NCBI GenBank assembly: GCA_976551045.1
Contig: CDPCPM010000049.1
Span: 4,836,001-4,900,000 of the forward strand
Length of the DNA stretch: 64,000 nt
DNA from: Glaucostegus cemiculus
Taxonomy: Eukaryota
Direction: 5' to 3'
This document shows, one piece after another, positions 38,079 to 52,190 of this stretch. How positions within the stretch are numbered: position 1 is the first letter of the stretch; the number at the start of each line of letters is the position of its first letter. Below the pieces are notes generated by a model that saw only the letters and a list, made by a program, of their open reading frames with translations, was not told where the DNA came from and ran no database searches. A program made the position numbers and the translations under genes.

Positions 38079-39295
38079 ACCAAGTTAGCAAAGAATGCAA
38101 CATGGAAACATTTATGAAAAATGTTGGTGGTCATATTTTCACTATTCTTGTACTTGTCCTTGATATAAGAAATCACAAGTTTGGATGATGCTATCTTAGC
38201 AGTCTTGGCAAGTTATTGCAGTGTGTTTTGCAGGTGATACACATGGCAGCTACTCTGGGCAGGTGTAGCACCTACAAAATAGGAGGACACCGAAAATCTA
38301 AGGGTTTTTCTAACACAGATTGCCTTGCCCTGAATGGCATTTGAGTTTCTTTGAGTGCTGTTTCCTGCATTAATCCAGAAAAGTAGAGAGCATTCAATCA
38401 CTTCCATACCTAGTCTTGTAGAAAGTGGAATGGATTACTGCAAGTCAGGAGTTATCCGGCCTCTCACCTGCTGTTGTAGATACGGTATTTATGAGGCTGT
38501 TCCATTTGAGTTTTGGGCAATAGTGATTCCTTGAGTATTGATGTGGGATAGTCAGTGATGGTAATGCCACTGAATATCAAGGATAACAGTGAGACTCAGT
38601 ATTGTTGGAGACGGTTGTAGAATGGAACTTATGTGAAGCAAATACTACCTGCCATTTACAAGCCCTATTGTCTCAGTCTTGCTGCATTCATATACTGTAT
38701 GGGCTGCTTCATTTTCCAAGTAGTTGCAAATGGAATTGAACATTGTACAATCATCAGCAAACCACACCTTTAGGAAGAGAATAGCTTCAATGAAGCAGAT
38801 GAAGGTGATCAGGCCTAGGATGTTGCACTGAGGAACTTCTGCACCAATAACTTGGACTCAAGTTGAACGTCCTGGATTTTGTCATCAATAACTGAAAAAT
38901 ATTAACTGCTGCTGACAATGAAGAAAGCCAAATGCCAAGATCCAGTGATACCCGTGGTGTGTTTCTGAGCTCACTTGCTCTCATTCATTAGTTCAAAAGG
39001 ATCCCCGGTCTCCGGGAGTTGTGAAGTCATCATGATGGTTGAGCAGCCAAAGGAAATCAGAAAGAAAAAATACCAATTTTTAAACAGTATTTTAAATACT
39101 TTACAGATCTCTAAATAAAGATCATAACACACACGTAGAACACACACTCAAAAAATATTTTAAAATCTATTATGTTTTGACACATTTATGTAAAGAATGA
39201 CATTAAACATTTTTTTAAGAGCCTGAAAGTTTGCTAAACATTAAACAATACTAGGAAAAAGCAGGAAAAGTGAGGGCAGAGAAGCAGTGATAGCA

Positions 39296-39612
39296 GTATT
39301 GGTATTGGTATTGGTTTATTATTGTCACTTGTACCGAGATACAGTGCAAAACTTGTCTTGCACACTGTTCGTACAGATCAATTCATTACACAGGTCATTG
39401 AGGTAGTACAAGGTAAAAACAATAACAGAATTCAAAGCAAAGTGTCACAGCTACAGGGAAGTGCATTGAAGGTAGACAATAAGGTGCAAGGTCATAACAA
39501 GGTAGATTGTGAGGTCAAGGTTCCGTCTCATTGTATAAGGGAACCATTCAATGGTCTTATCACTGTGGGATAGAAGCTGTCCTTGAGCCTGGTGGTATGT
39601 GCCCGCAGACTC
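39296..39612 (-). mobile_element. Rex1/Babar-like LINE 3' tail
   Basis: (gtattg)n-gtttattattgtcacttgtaccgag tail, near-identical to 40485. Confidence 0.8.
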
Positions 39613-40482
39613 AGTACACCATTAAAATCTCAGTTTTGGCCCATGCAACAAAGTGTAAAATGTTCAGGGTATTTTACCATGATACTAATTAGTAAATACC
39701 TGAAATTTTCATCAAATCGCTGATCTCCTTTAATTGTGGTGAAAGGTTTATAAAAGAGTGCAGCCTGTGGTAAAGTGCTGAATCACTGTTCGGGACTTCT
39801 GCAGTTAATGGAATGTACATGCAAAACCCAAAGTTACTGCCAGCATTACAGTGCAGTGATGGCAAATGCTGATTGTAATGCTGGCAAAACTAAGTTAGCA
39901 ACCCTGCTGCAGATAAGGGAGGAGAATGAATGCATGGATACTCTAGGGGAAGGTAGGGCAGGGAGTGACTGACAGTAAGTAAGCTCCCAGATAGTAAGCT
40001 CCCCGAATCCATGATCTGATTGTTCAGAAATCCAGATGGTTTGGCATCTGGCTCAACTGGCCTCTGTTTCCTGCTCTCCCTTTAAGCTCACAGAGTTGTG
40101 TTTCTCACGCTCCTACAGATTCACTGTAAAATTCATTATACTGTAGGGCAATGTCTTAAAAAGGGGAACTTAAAGTGTGTTTTGGTATTAATAGAGGTAT
40201 ATCCAATGGTCTGGAATTCTAGACATCTTTCTACTGTCATGTTAACATCCTATAGCCCATTCTTAAATACAGTGGATTGCTCATGTCAGGTTTACCAGGA
40301 GGAGAGGACTCAGCATTGGTTGCACTCTCTTGACTGCAGGGCCTCAATCACTGATTCTTGTGGTCATTTGGGACCCTCTCAATATCTATAAGATGCACTG
40401 CAGTTATACGTATAGGTTACAGTGACAGCACAGTCCAAACCTAGGCTTTATACTGCTAAGAATTAAGATGACAGCAGACAAA

Positions 40483-41205
40483 TATTGGTATTGGTATTGG
40501 TTTATTATTGTCACTTGTACCGAGGTACAGTGAAAAACTTGTCTTGCATACCGATTGTACAGGTTAATTCATTACACAGTGCAGTTACATTGGGTTAGTA
40601 CAGACTGCATTGAGGTAGTATAGAGTGCATTGAGGTAGTACAGGTAAAAACAATAACAGTACAGAGTAAAGTGTCACATCTACAGAGAAAGTGCAGTGCA
40701 ATAAGGTGCAAGGTCACAAAAGGATAGATTGTGAGGTCAGTGTCCATCTTATCGTATAAGGAAAGCGTTCAATAGTCTTATCACAGTGGGGTAGTAGCTG
40801 TCCTTAAGTCTGGTGGTACATGCCCTCAGGTTCCTGTATCTTCTACCTGATGGAAGAGGAGATAAGAGAGACTGTTCTGGGTGGTGGGGTCTTTGATTAT
40901 GCTGGCTTCTTCACCAAGACAATGAGAGATAAAGACAGAGTCCAAAGAGGGGAGGCTGGTGTCCGTAATGCACTGGGCTGTGTCCACAACTCTCTGCAGT
41001 TTCTTGCGGTCTTGGGCAGAGCAGTTACCGTACCAAGCTGTGATATATCCAGATAGGATGCTTTCTATCATGCATCGATAGAAGCTAGTGAGAGTCAAAG
41101 GGGACAAACCAAATTTCTTTAGCCTCCTGAGGAAGTAGAGGCGCTGGTGATCTTTCTTGGCCGTGGCTTCGACGTGATTTGACCAGGACAGGCTGTTGGT
41201 AACAA
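40483..41205 (-). mobile_element. Rex1/Babar-like LINE 3' fragment
   Basis: LTSFYRCMIESILSGYITAWYGNCSAQDRKKLQRVVDTAQ plus (caatac)n tail. Confidence 0.85.
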
Positions 41206-41310
41206 GACATACAATGATCCCTGCTGTGTGATGTGCCTATGGCTTGCAGAGGCCTGGAACTGCTCACAATACAGATCTTAATCAATGCCAATTATCATTC
41301 CAAAGACCGA

Positions 41311-41785
41311 GACACAACAGATTTTGCAGATGTTGGAATCTGGAGCAACACACACAGAGTGCTGGAGGAACTCAGCAGGTCAGGCAGCATCTATGGATGG
41401 AAGTAAACAATTTGACATTTCGGGTTGAGACGCTTCATCAGGACTGGAAAGGAAGAGGAAAGAAGACAGAATAAGGAGGTCATAGGAGGGGGTGGAGAAC
41501 AGGCTGGCAGGGGATAGGTGAGTCCAGGTGAGAGGGAGGAAGGTAGGTGGATGGTTGGGGGGGGAATGAAAGGGAGTAATGTAAGAAGCTGAGAGGTGAT
41601 AAGTAGAAGAGGCAAAGGGCTGAAGAAGGAGTCCAGTAGGAGAGAGCACTAAACTGTGGAAAAAAGGGAAGGTGGGTAATAGATGAGCAGGTCAGGATGG
41701 CAGGGGAGGGGAAAGGGTGTTGAGGGGGCCACAGGAATGAGAGAAGACAATGGGGGAGAAAGGAGGTGTTTCCCTCTTCCCCCAC
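41311..41785 (-). mobile_element. Penelope-like element terminal region with hammerhead-like motif
   Basis: gatgctgcctgacctgctgagttcctccagcac end; CTGATGA...GAAA core at 41418-41441; pyrimidine-rich body on minus strand. Confidence 0.7.
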
Positions 41786-43914
41786 ATTTCCTCACTTCCA
41801 CAAAAGCCTTTCATCCTGATGTACTGAACTTGCAATGCAGTGCAATCTTTTAAGGCTTAACCCTGCTTCACATGATTCCTTGCACCAAAGGTGCAACAGG
41901 TGCAATTTCTGCACTGAGGGTAAAAAAATGCCAAAACAAATTGTTATCGGTAAACTTTCCCAATGGTGTCAATTTTTGATTATTCTTCTATCACTTACAG
42001 GAATACAATTCTTCACTCACTTAGTGCCTCAAATAAGAGTGAAATCCAATTTCTAGGCAATGGTGGCTTTGTGTCACTTTACGGTATAAATGAAGGTTAG
42101 CTTATAATGAAATGCAAAAGTTTATTTTTGTCTCTATTCCAGCTCATCATAAAACATAGCTGGGATAATTCTAATCAAAATAAAATTTCTTGATATAACA
42201 TCCATTATGAAGTCACCCCTCTCCAAAAAATCTATTTCAAGGTGAATAAAAATGGGCTGTAAAATGATATTTTACATGAAGTTAACACATTATTACTTGA
42301 TTTACCTTTAGTTTTCCAGTTAAGACAAACGAAAGCAAGCTCTGACATCTCTGTGGCCTGTGGTTGGCCAGTATTATCTCTGAGTGAAGTGTGATTGATG
42401 TAATCAAAAAACAAAAATAAATTCTTTATCTGCGCTGGACTCAATTATAGGCGCTGTTAGTAAGTGAACTGGTATGTTCTGCCCTTCCATTTGCATGGAT
42501 TAAATGAAGACAAGCGTTCCATAGCTGTCTGATTTGTCACAACCTTCCTTTATATCGGCCTCTCGAGTAACCACTCTTTGTAAAAGCAAAACAAATCCAT
42601 TTTGCTGGTCTCAAATGATTTGATGGACTACAACCCAATTTGTTGGTTATCACACCGCAAATTCTTTAAGATACTTCATGAAATTAATTATCTTTCTTTA
42701 TATTCTAGTTCTCTTCTCAGTACCAGTGCAATTCTAATAGAAGTTCTTTGAGAAAAGCAACTTCATTATGAAGGAAGTATAGAGTGACAGTGTGGATATG
42801 TTTGTAGCATTTTTACATCCAAGAATGCTCCAAATTCAGCCCAAGTCAATGGGAGGAATGTCAAGTCTAGGCCAGGTTCTCGAAAGTATTTGTTTACTCT
42901 GTTGAAGGTTAACAGTTGAATTGGATTCCTCTGATGACTGAGCCTGGGAAAGAGGATCCATGAAATAATTGGGAAGCAAATTAAGCTCAACAGCCCCATT
43001 ATTTGGGTACCCAATCACTTCCAATTGACAGCCAATGGCTGTGTGCATTTTTGTGGTGCGATTTGCTGGACACGATATTGCCTCATTTGTTCAAGATGTG
43101 AAGCACAGAGACATGTGCACACCCAGAGCAGCAAGTGATGTTTCCAATAACAGTGAACTGTGATTCCACAGTCAGTTTTCACAACAGCAAACACTGGATT
43201 CACACACAAACCTGCTTATAATGCTTTAAAAATATGTTTCAATTCAACAACTTAATCCAGGCTCTCTACCTGCTGAATGACGTCTCTGCTTTGAATCTCT
43301 ACGCAACTTCACAAACTGTCTTGGTTAATATCCATGGATGCACTACAACACACTCCCAAATACGGTGGATTGCTCACATTGTGTCCACTAGTAGGTGAGG
43401 ACTCAGTAATTTTGCAGAGTGGTTGTATTCCCTTGAATGCAGTGTTTCATTGACAGACTCTTGTGGCCATTTGGGACCCTTTCAACAGTAATGGATGTGG
43501 ACAGTTTAATACACACTGCATATACAGAATACAAAATCCTGATGTGACTCAGCATGCACTGCTCCTTTGTCAACAGTGCTACTGTTTGAGAGCTCAACAG
43601 TTAATGTCCTCTCTTAAATATGAAATGCTAAACATGCATTCAGCAATAGGTAGGGCCCACCACCAGTGCTATTTAAAAGGATCATTAGCTATTTGCACCT
43701 TGGGTGTTGATTGCTTTTGCTGAGGTTTAGTGCTTACTAGAGTCCTTTACATGTGCAAATGTCTCCAGGGAGTGGTGTGGCATGAGCTGAAAGAGTTTGT
43801 CTTTACTTTGAGGTTTCTGCAGAACAAGTTTCTCACGGACACGGTTTCATCAGTCGTTGCTCCTCGGAGTGAAGCATGCCTGGGAGATTCAGAGGACACA
43901 CAGTGTAGGACATA

Positions 43915-44290
43915 GATTATAGAGATCATAGATTGTAGAGGTAGGAAACAGGACCTTCGGCCCATCAAGTCTGTGCCAACCATCAGGAGTTCATTTAAGA
44001 TAATTCTATATTTACTCTCCCAATAGCTCTCACCAGATTCTACCACTCACCTACCCACTAGGGGTCATTTTACAGTAGCCTGTTAACCTATCAACCAGCA
44101 TGCCATGTCATAATAGAAGTCCATACAAAATAAAAATTCCAAACTAGATTTTTAACCTAACCTGGAGCACCCAGAGGAATCACAGGTGGTTACAGAGAGA
44201 GCATGCAAATTCCACACAGAATAATGGCCAGGGTTGAGCGCAGGTTGCTGGAGCTGTGAGGCAGCAGCTCTACTAGCTGCACCACTGTCC
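43915..44290 (-). mobile_element. Decayed V-SINE with CR1-type tail and an internal foreign insert
   Basis: acaggaccttcggccc tail; ggagcacccagaggaa V-domain remnant. Confidence 0.6.
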
Positions 44291-47200
44291 TGCAAGAGCA
44301 ATAAGCTTGAAGGGCAGAGAAGGGTTCACAGCAGCACATCACTACATGTATTCCGAGGTCTTACATAGCAAGAGATCTCCAGACAGAATTCAAGGCCGTT
44401 CTCAATGACTCCCCATGGACTCACGCAAGTCGTTGGATCATGACCACTCTGGATGCAGAAGGGATTTTCACAGGAATCTTGAGCCCATTCATTGGGAGTA
44501 CACAGTAGTCCAGCATGAATGGCAGAAGGAGTGCACTGCCTCAAAACCAACACCACCTCCAACAGAATCTGCAGATCCTACATTATTCTCATCAACCCAG
44601 TCTTCCTCAGATCCTGAAGGAATGCCTTGGAAATGACAAAGTTACACCTTGGATGTTCTGGAACAAATCTCTTACCTAAACCTTATCAAGAAACCTTCAT
44701 TTAGGAAGTATCTTTGGAAATAGGAATCCACCATTGTTCTTTACTCCAAGATTTGAGTGCTTCTTACCAGGAAGCATTAAGTGGAACAAGGACACATCCT
44801 GATGTTGTTATCACAGTGTCACCCAGTCACAATGCCATAAAAGAAGTCAATACAAAATAAACATTCCAAACTAGATGTTTAAATCTAAATATACCAGATT
44901 GCAAAGAAGCATCAACAAATTAACCAGGTTTCTGTTGATTTCCTCAGTGCCTGGTTGCCCTGTGCCTTTGCCTGTTTTGTACTGTGCTTCTCCATGAATT
45001 GTAGCAGGGAAGGCTACTGAGTCCCAGGTGGCCTAGGAGGATGACATTGAACTACAGGTATTTCAGCATTGGACTGAAATTGCTAGATATAGGACAGAAG
45101 TCTGGGTGTCTGTCTGGCCCGGAGACACAGCAAGGGAAATAGGGACCTGTCCCTGAGAGGACAGTAGCGTCATACATACTACAAGGTACCACAAGTCCAG
45201 ACTTTATTTGGTGGTCAGTGATGAGCACAAGCCACATGCAGGTGGCTGCCAATAATATCAGTTTATTTCTTATAAATGTTGCCTGAATACACTTCAGAAG
45301 GGCACTGCAATTACATGCACATTTCTTTTGCATTCTTTTAATCTGTGCAACTGTTAAATTATAACTGCTGGAAAATTTGCCTCACCACAGTACACTACTT
45401 ACATTTTCCAAAGTGGCTTGTCCATCATTCTTCCAATCTGTTTTGGTTTTGCAAATATGGCTTTTCCATCTCAACTCTCTCAAATCCTCTGATTATCTTA
45501 ACATCTCAGTTTGGTCATCCCCGCACATTCAATTGTGGAAAATCAGGGGAATCCTGAAAAATAAGTCATAGCTTTCTGTTTCTGTTCCTGCATCTCAATA
45601 GTAACATTAAATATGGGGAATCCAGAAAGCTGTCAGTGATTGACTGAAAATCCACGAAGATATCAGTTAAATGTGGGAGAACCGAATGGCAGATAATAAA
45701 TTATTAGTTTGTGTTTGAATTCCAGTAGGCCAGTTACTCTTCCAACCAGAGTGCCATCAAACAACTTAAATAATTGCACTGTTTCTACAGCACATAGGTC
45801 CCTGACAGTTGATCCAATTGTGACCTTGACTTTGCCTTTGTTTTGTACATGGCATTAGACTGCTAAAGCCTGTCAGCAGCTGTCAATTCTGTTGACAGGA
45901 CATGGTGCTACATTCCTTTGCTTAACATGTTTACTTAGCAGCGTTTGCCAACTTTCCAGTGAGACTGAGGCCAGACTCTGAATGCTGAGGAAGAAAATGT
46001 TAAACACTGAACCGGCAATTTTGCACCCTTGATGAATGTTACGATTTCGGTGATGGGTGATTTCTGTTCTCTTATTGTGTGTCAATAAATTTTATAGTAA
46101 AAATATTAGTGCTTGCAAATGGAAATACTGCTGTTTTAACTATCCAGGAGATGAAATTGGTCTTTGGTGGAAGCACAAGTTAGATAGTAAGTCAGACCCT
46201 GACTTTATGAATCAGCATTTTACTTAATCATTATACTTATAAGCCACTGTGAACCACTGTGAATAGGGATAGACAATAAATGCTATCTTTGCCAAGGATG
46301 CCCAGATCCTGAAAGAAGAATAAATAATAAATACAACTGTGAAGCAGATTGCATATTTTATACACTGTGAAGCATTAATGGATCAGGGCTGTTCTGGTTC
46401 ATTTCTAGTAGAATTATGGTCGGTGATCTGCTTTGTCATGGAACCCAGAACTTCCTCTTCTTCTGGCCTGAAAATCAAGTAGCTTTCAAACAGAAAAGGA
46501 CAGCAAATCAGGCAAAGATTCATTACCACAAGGCTTCTCTCACTTTATTACTTGTGCAGCCTTTTACAGTCTGGTAGACAGACAGAAGATGTGCCTTCTC
46601 AAAGTGCGATAGTGACATCTCACCCGACATTCTCTGTCATTATCACCTCACTTAAACACCATGAGAATAGCACTCAGTTACCAGGCACAGTAAACTTCCA
46701 CTAATCCGGCTTCTGATGGCCTGGCGTATGGCTCACATATTGGCCTGGAATGTGAGCTGGGGGTCCAGAGTGCCAGCAGGGTGTGCAGCCATAACTGGGG
46801 GGATTCGAGTGCTGCTGGGGTTGGGTTCTGGGCTACAGGTCAGGTGTATGGCTGGAGCCAGCATTGCGGTCTTGAACGTCAAGGACTAGGAACAAGGCTG
46901 GATTAGCAGCCAAAGCTGGGGCCCTGAATGTTTGTATGTTTCCCAATCCCTTTAAGCCCATCAGCTTCACCGTAAAATTTATATACCAACATGTGACATG
47001 TAAATAAAAGTGAAGCAAAAGTGTTTAGAGGGCATTAATAGGAGGGACATCCAGCAGTTTGGAAGATCTGCTGGTCCAGCACCATCAAAATGCCAAGAAT
47101 GCCAGATTATTGGAGTTTTACTGTATTCAGGAGAAGGTGAAAGCAAATGCAAACAGCTGATCAAAGAACATTGAGAGCTCTGCAAGGCATTCATGTGTCT

Positions 47201-47489
47201 ACTTCACTCAATTTCCTTTATCCTTTCTACAATGTGCTCTGTGATGCCTCTTCCATCCCTGCTTTGGGCAAGGCATAGTGAGCATCTATTTGAGATTCTG
47301 AGTAATTATTGACAACACCATAGCAGCCAGTGAGCTGTCAGGGGTGGGACATTTAACTAGTAGGAACAAATCTATTTTATAGCAAGTAAAGTCAATATAT
47401 TCAGGAAAAACAGTCTACTACTGGGTGGAGGAAACAGAAAATGCAGCAACTTCTCCCAATAAAGGCAGGAAAATGCAATAAATGGGGGG

Positions 47490-47625
47490 CAAGCAAGAGA
47501 CTGCAGGTGCTGGAATCTGGACCAACAAACAATCTGCTGGGGGAACTCAGCATGTCAACCAGCCTCTGTGAGAGAAAGGGAATTGTCAATGCTTCAGGTC
47601 AAAATCCTGCATCAGAACTAGACTA
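47490..47625 (-). mobile_element. Penelope-like terminal fragment
   Basis: gagactgcaggtgctggaatctgg...gaactcagc; decayed hammerhead core; shorter copies near 15640 and 59815. Confidence 0.6.
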
Positions 47626-50600
47626 AATGGAGGACAGTTAAACATAAATTAATCACAACCACTTATAGCAGTGTAGATATCAAGCCTCACTGACAGGGAG
47701 ATTCCCCAGTTAGCTCCACTCTGTCTGGCTACAGTATCATTATAGCCTTTGAGGTCTCCCTCTACCTTTTGTGCCCTGGCAGAGAAGGAGAACCATGCGG
47801 GGGTGAAACAAAAATGCACAATGGCCACTGATTGGCAGCTCCATGCCTGAGGATGATACCAAGGACATTCTACCTGTATTCCCCACCCACCCCTCAATAA
47901 AACCCTTACCAGTTGCAAGGTACAGTCTTGCTACACTAACATAACATATATAGTTATTTGGCCACTATAGTTTGTACATGTTTCAACTACTAACATGCCA
48001 TCATCTATAGGACATCCCCCTTGAAGAACAAATTATATGACTTCCAGAACGGTATCACGATTCTCATAATATTGCAAAAAGCTATGCCTCTACTTGTAAC
48101 ACATTAGTGCAACTGAAGTTTTAAAGCAGTGCCCTTTTGTGAAGCTAATAATCTATACTAGCAAACAAATTTCTAGGCCTTTTCTTTTGATAGGTAACAA
48201 AGGCCTTGCCTTTAACCACTGACTTCTGATTCAAATGCCTGACATCTATGTACTGTTCAAGATAATTTCTCATGGGAATTCCTGCATACAGAAATGGAAA
48301 CAAACTAAGTGAACTGGTAATATATGCAGAGATAAATATAGGCAAGCAGGTTGTCCTACTGTTCCATTAATAAGTAAATTCTCTGAGGGGATGTAAATTT
48401 TTATGGCAGGGCTAACTGGGGAAGATCTGTGTGATACAGGCATGCGTATCACTTGGGAACTGTTCTGCATTTTTAAAGTTCAGGACAAATATATTGGCTG
48501 GATAATTCTCAATGTTCATTTAAATGGATTTTCACTCATTAGGGAAAAAAAAATCAAAAGAAAATTGAAAAGAGATTCTGGGAGCAAAAATAGTTTGCTA
48601 TTTGGCAACACTAGCCAGTAACTGAAGACACACCAGCATGGGAATAGCCAAAGACTGCATGTTTGGAATTTCAAAAATGAGGGGCAGATATTTTGACTTC
48701 ATTGGACAGATCAACGTACAGCTCTGGGAAATGTCGAGATTATTTTGTTGTCTACTGTATCCCAGACAACAGGACAATACATTATGTCACCAATGTTCAA
48801 CTGTCACAGGGCAAACAAAATAAATGGCAAGTTATTTTGTACTTTGGTATATTTAAATAAATATTTTGTAATGGATACTCCGTTAGCTATAAATAAATAG
48901 GGTGAAGATTATCTGTGTTTCTTCTGCTTAAAGGAAGTATGGTTGCCACAAGATGATGCAGATAAAATATATTTGGCCTTAATTTTGAAGGACAAGACTT
49001 AGCTGAATAGCTTCATAAGTTTTGAAGCCCAAATATCAAGGCCTTGAAATTTTCCTGTTGCAGTTGGAAAACCCAATTCAGATTCTGGTAGATGTATGTA
49101 ACTTTTTAGTTCTGTTTAATCTTGCAATTAAATTACTGTATTTAGAATAAAGCAGGCAAATGTCACCAGGAAGATAATGAACAATATAATTTTGTACATA
49201 TATGTCAAACAGTTATATGTAAATTGACTGGTATCTGCTTTAAATGTCTGTATTCTACATTTAAATCTATAAATGTAAGAATTAAATGTTGCTCATCAGA
49301 CATTTACAATTATTTTTTTTATCCTTAAGAACCATTAGAAATCAAGCTAGGGGCAGTGTAGCACATTGATATTCCCCTCTGTTTTAAAATTTAGGAAGCA
49401 AGTAATAAGGATACAATCTCTAACAAAGTGCTGTTTCTTAATGGATACCAATACCAATTAACAGTAGTTGATACAACAAAGTATCCAACATAACGCCACA
49501 TTGTACACATAGTTCTTTAAGATATACAAACAATTTTTACTGCAAAGTTTTCCTCTAAACAGGTATGAAACTCATAACAACAATAATCAAATGCATTTAT
49601 TAGATCATTGGTAAACTATTAAAATTATACAAGTAACTGGTTATTTAAAATTCACATTATACATAGACTATAATCAACAAGTGTAAAATCAGCTAAACAT
49701 AAATGTATTGATTTTTCTAATCTTCTCAAGAATGACATCAATGTATAAACCAAATAATTCAATAGGAAGGATTGTTAAAACTAATAAACCCAAAGTAATT
49801 TCTCTCCATTAGACCTTTCATATCCCAAATCTCATATCATGTATTAAAGTCATCTTAACTTTACAAAGTGAGGAGTACAGTATATCACATGTATTTTGTG
49901 ATATCTATTGTAACTCACAAAACTTAAAGTAGACCAATACTCTACTAACTATTCCTGTAATCGAAACGTTGTTTACAATATATTTCCAAGTATCACAAAC
50001 CTAATACATAGTAACCACTGTGTTACAGCACTTCGGGTAACAGAAACTCACTTTCACAGAATTCACAAATCACTACCAAATAATCTGAGACATAGAATAA
50101 AAATTTCCTCTCATAGAATTAATGTGTCAATTTTAATTTTACTTTCAGCTTGCATTCCCTTGATGCATGCGCAGATGAGGTGGGTTCGCATTATAGAAAA
50201 TGGCGACATGGATGGTTCTCAGGGAACACAACCCCCCCATGACGTGGGGTTGTCTATACTGGCAATCTCAACGTTGACCTTTTCTTAATGTTCCCCATCT
50301 TTTTGTCTTCATGCCACCTCTGGTTAACATTGCAACTCTCACTGCAGCTCTGGACACTGGATTTATCCTTTTCTTTTCTGACCCTTTCAAAAGCTTAATG
50401 ATGTATTGATGCAACAGCTTGATATATGGAGTGAGATGGATCAGGCGCTGTGCAAGTGCTTAATTCCTGTTGCAAATCAGATACATAGTAAAATATAATT
50501 TCATTCTAGTGTCAGCATAAATCTTGAGATTCTGACTATGATTACAACTTCATGCAACATCAGTGTGATTCCCATCCACTTTGTACTGACACTGCAGTCA

Positions 50601-52190
50601 TAGTGTGAATACACTGAAAGTCTTCCATTAATATGTATATCTATCAGTACTCTTATATATTGACAGTTTTCAATTTTATCCTCAACTTTTTTGACGTGTT
50701 TCATAAAAAAAGGATATAATTTGATGTTACATTCAACATACTGTTGATTTTGAAAGTTATAGGATGATGTTGCATGCTTTCAATATTTTCTTGAACTACT
50801 TGATTCAGAGGTATATTTGACACTTTTTAAATTCACTCCCAGTTTATAGACTTCACTGGCACAGCAAATGTTTATTATCCTTCCATAACTGAGCTAGCCC
50901 CTCCCATCTTCCCACTATCAGAACAAGATAACACAATAAACTTTAAATCAGAGAAGATGGGACATGATATTGCTGTGAGTCTTGGACAGTTACAATGAGC
51001 CCCTGTATCCTACACCTGTTGTCAGGATAAGCGTGATGAGGACACAGCAAGCATAAGCTGTCTTTTTTTGGCATGAACTTGATCTTGTAGAACTGCTGGT
51101 GTAAAGTGAAAAACATGAGTAGTAGAATGCTAACAGAAAGATTTTAAACCAATCTGTAGTACAGTGGACATAAACATTTACAATGCCTTCTACTGAATGA
51201 CACTTGGTTACATCATCATTTCACAGGGAAGGCATGGAATTATAGAAGCAGCTTTGAAACCATCTCAACTGCTTGCATGTTCATGAAGTAATTTGTTAGG
51301 AGTAAATGACCCAAGCAAGGATATGCATTCAAAATGTAATTATGTTCTATGATGACAGAACAACTGGGAGATAGTTTTGCCCAGAGACTGGATCAATTAG
51401 TGTCCATATTTTACGTGCAAATTATGCCTGTGCAATTTAACCCAGGTTAGAGGTTCCACTTCCAGGCCAAATCAAGTTCCTCATGAAACTAGATTAACAT
51501 GCCTTATGTTTCATTAGTATCAGGTACACCCCTAATGATGTCATTTTACCTGCACCCCTTTTTCCCACTCCTATTGGCCTAAATTGGAGCTTTAGGGTGT
51601 ACCTACACCTTTTGTGGAACAGTCACAAAAAACAGGGAGCACTGCGCTGAACTCCCTCATAAGTTGCAAATTAAAGAGCCTCCATTCTATTGCTGATTGG
51701 TCAAAACACTTGCTAAACTTTTATTCCACCGCTCAATCCCACCATTCTCCCTCACCACCTGCAGCCTTTTAGTTTTGTGCACCTCTGTGCCTCATTCTGC
51801 CTTGCTGATCATCCTGCATCTTGTGGCATGGGGATACTCACTGCTTGGGACTCCACCAGGGCAGGGGACTGCACAAAGCCTGGCCAGACAAGACTGATGC
51901 TCTATGTTCCCCCTTCCAAGTATTTTCCTTCGCTTCATGGCAGCCTTTTATGCAGCACCTGGCAGGAAAGTGGATGAGTCTTTTAAGGTCTGCCTGTAGC
52001 AACCTGAGCTAGCGATACTCGAACCACCATCGGCGGCCTCAGGAGTGTGCAGTAGCTGTCACAGGGCAGGCCTTCTGGTAAGAAACTGACATCACGTCCG
52101 CTGGAAAGCCCTTCGGGTATTTCGCGCGCACGCGTGTTTTGTTTCAGTTAGTAAAACATGTTTGACCTACTTGCCACATCTCCGAGTCTG

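Noticed and set aside
44326-44690. Coding-looking stretch with ORFs on both strands
   Set aside because: No recognisable protein motif and no consistent splice-site pair.
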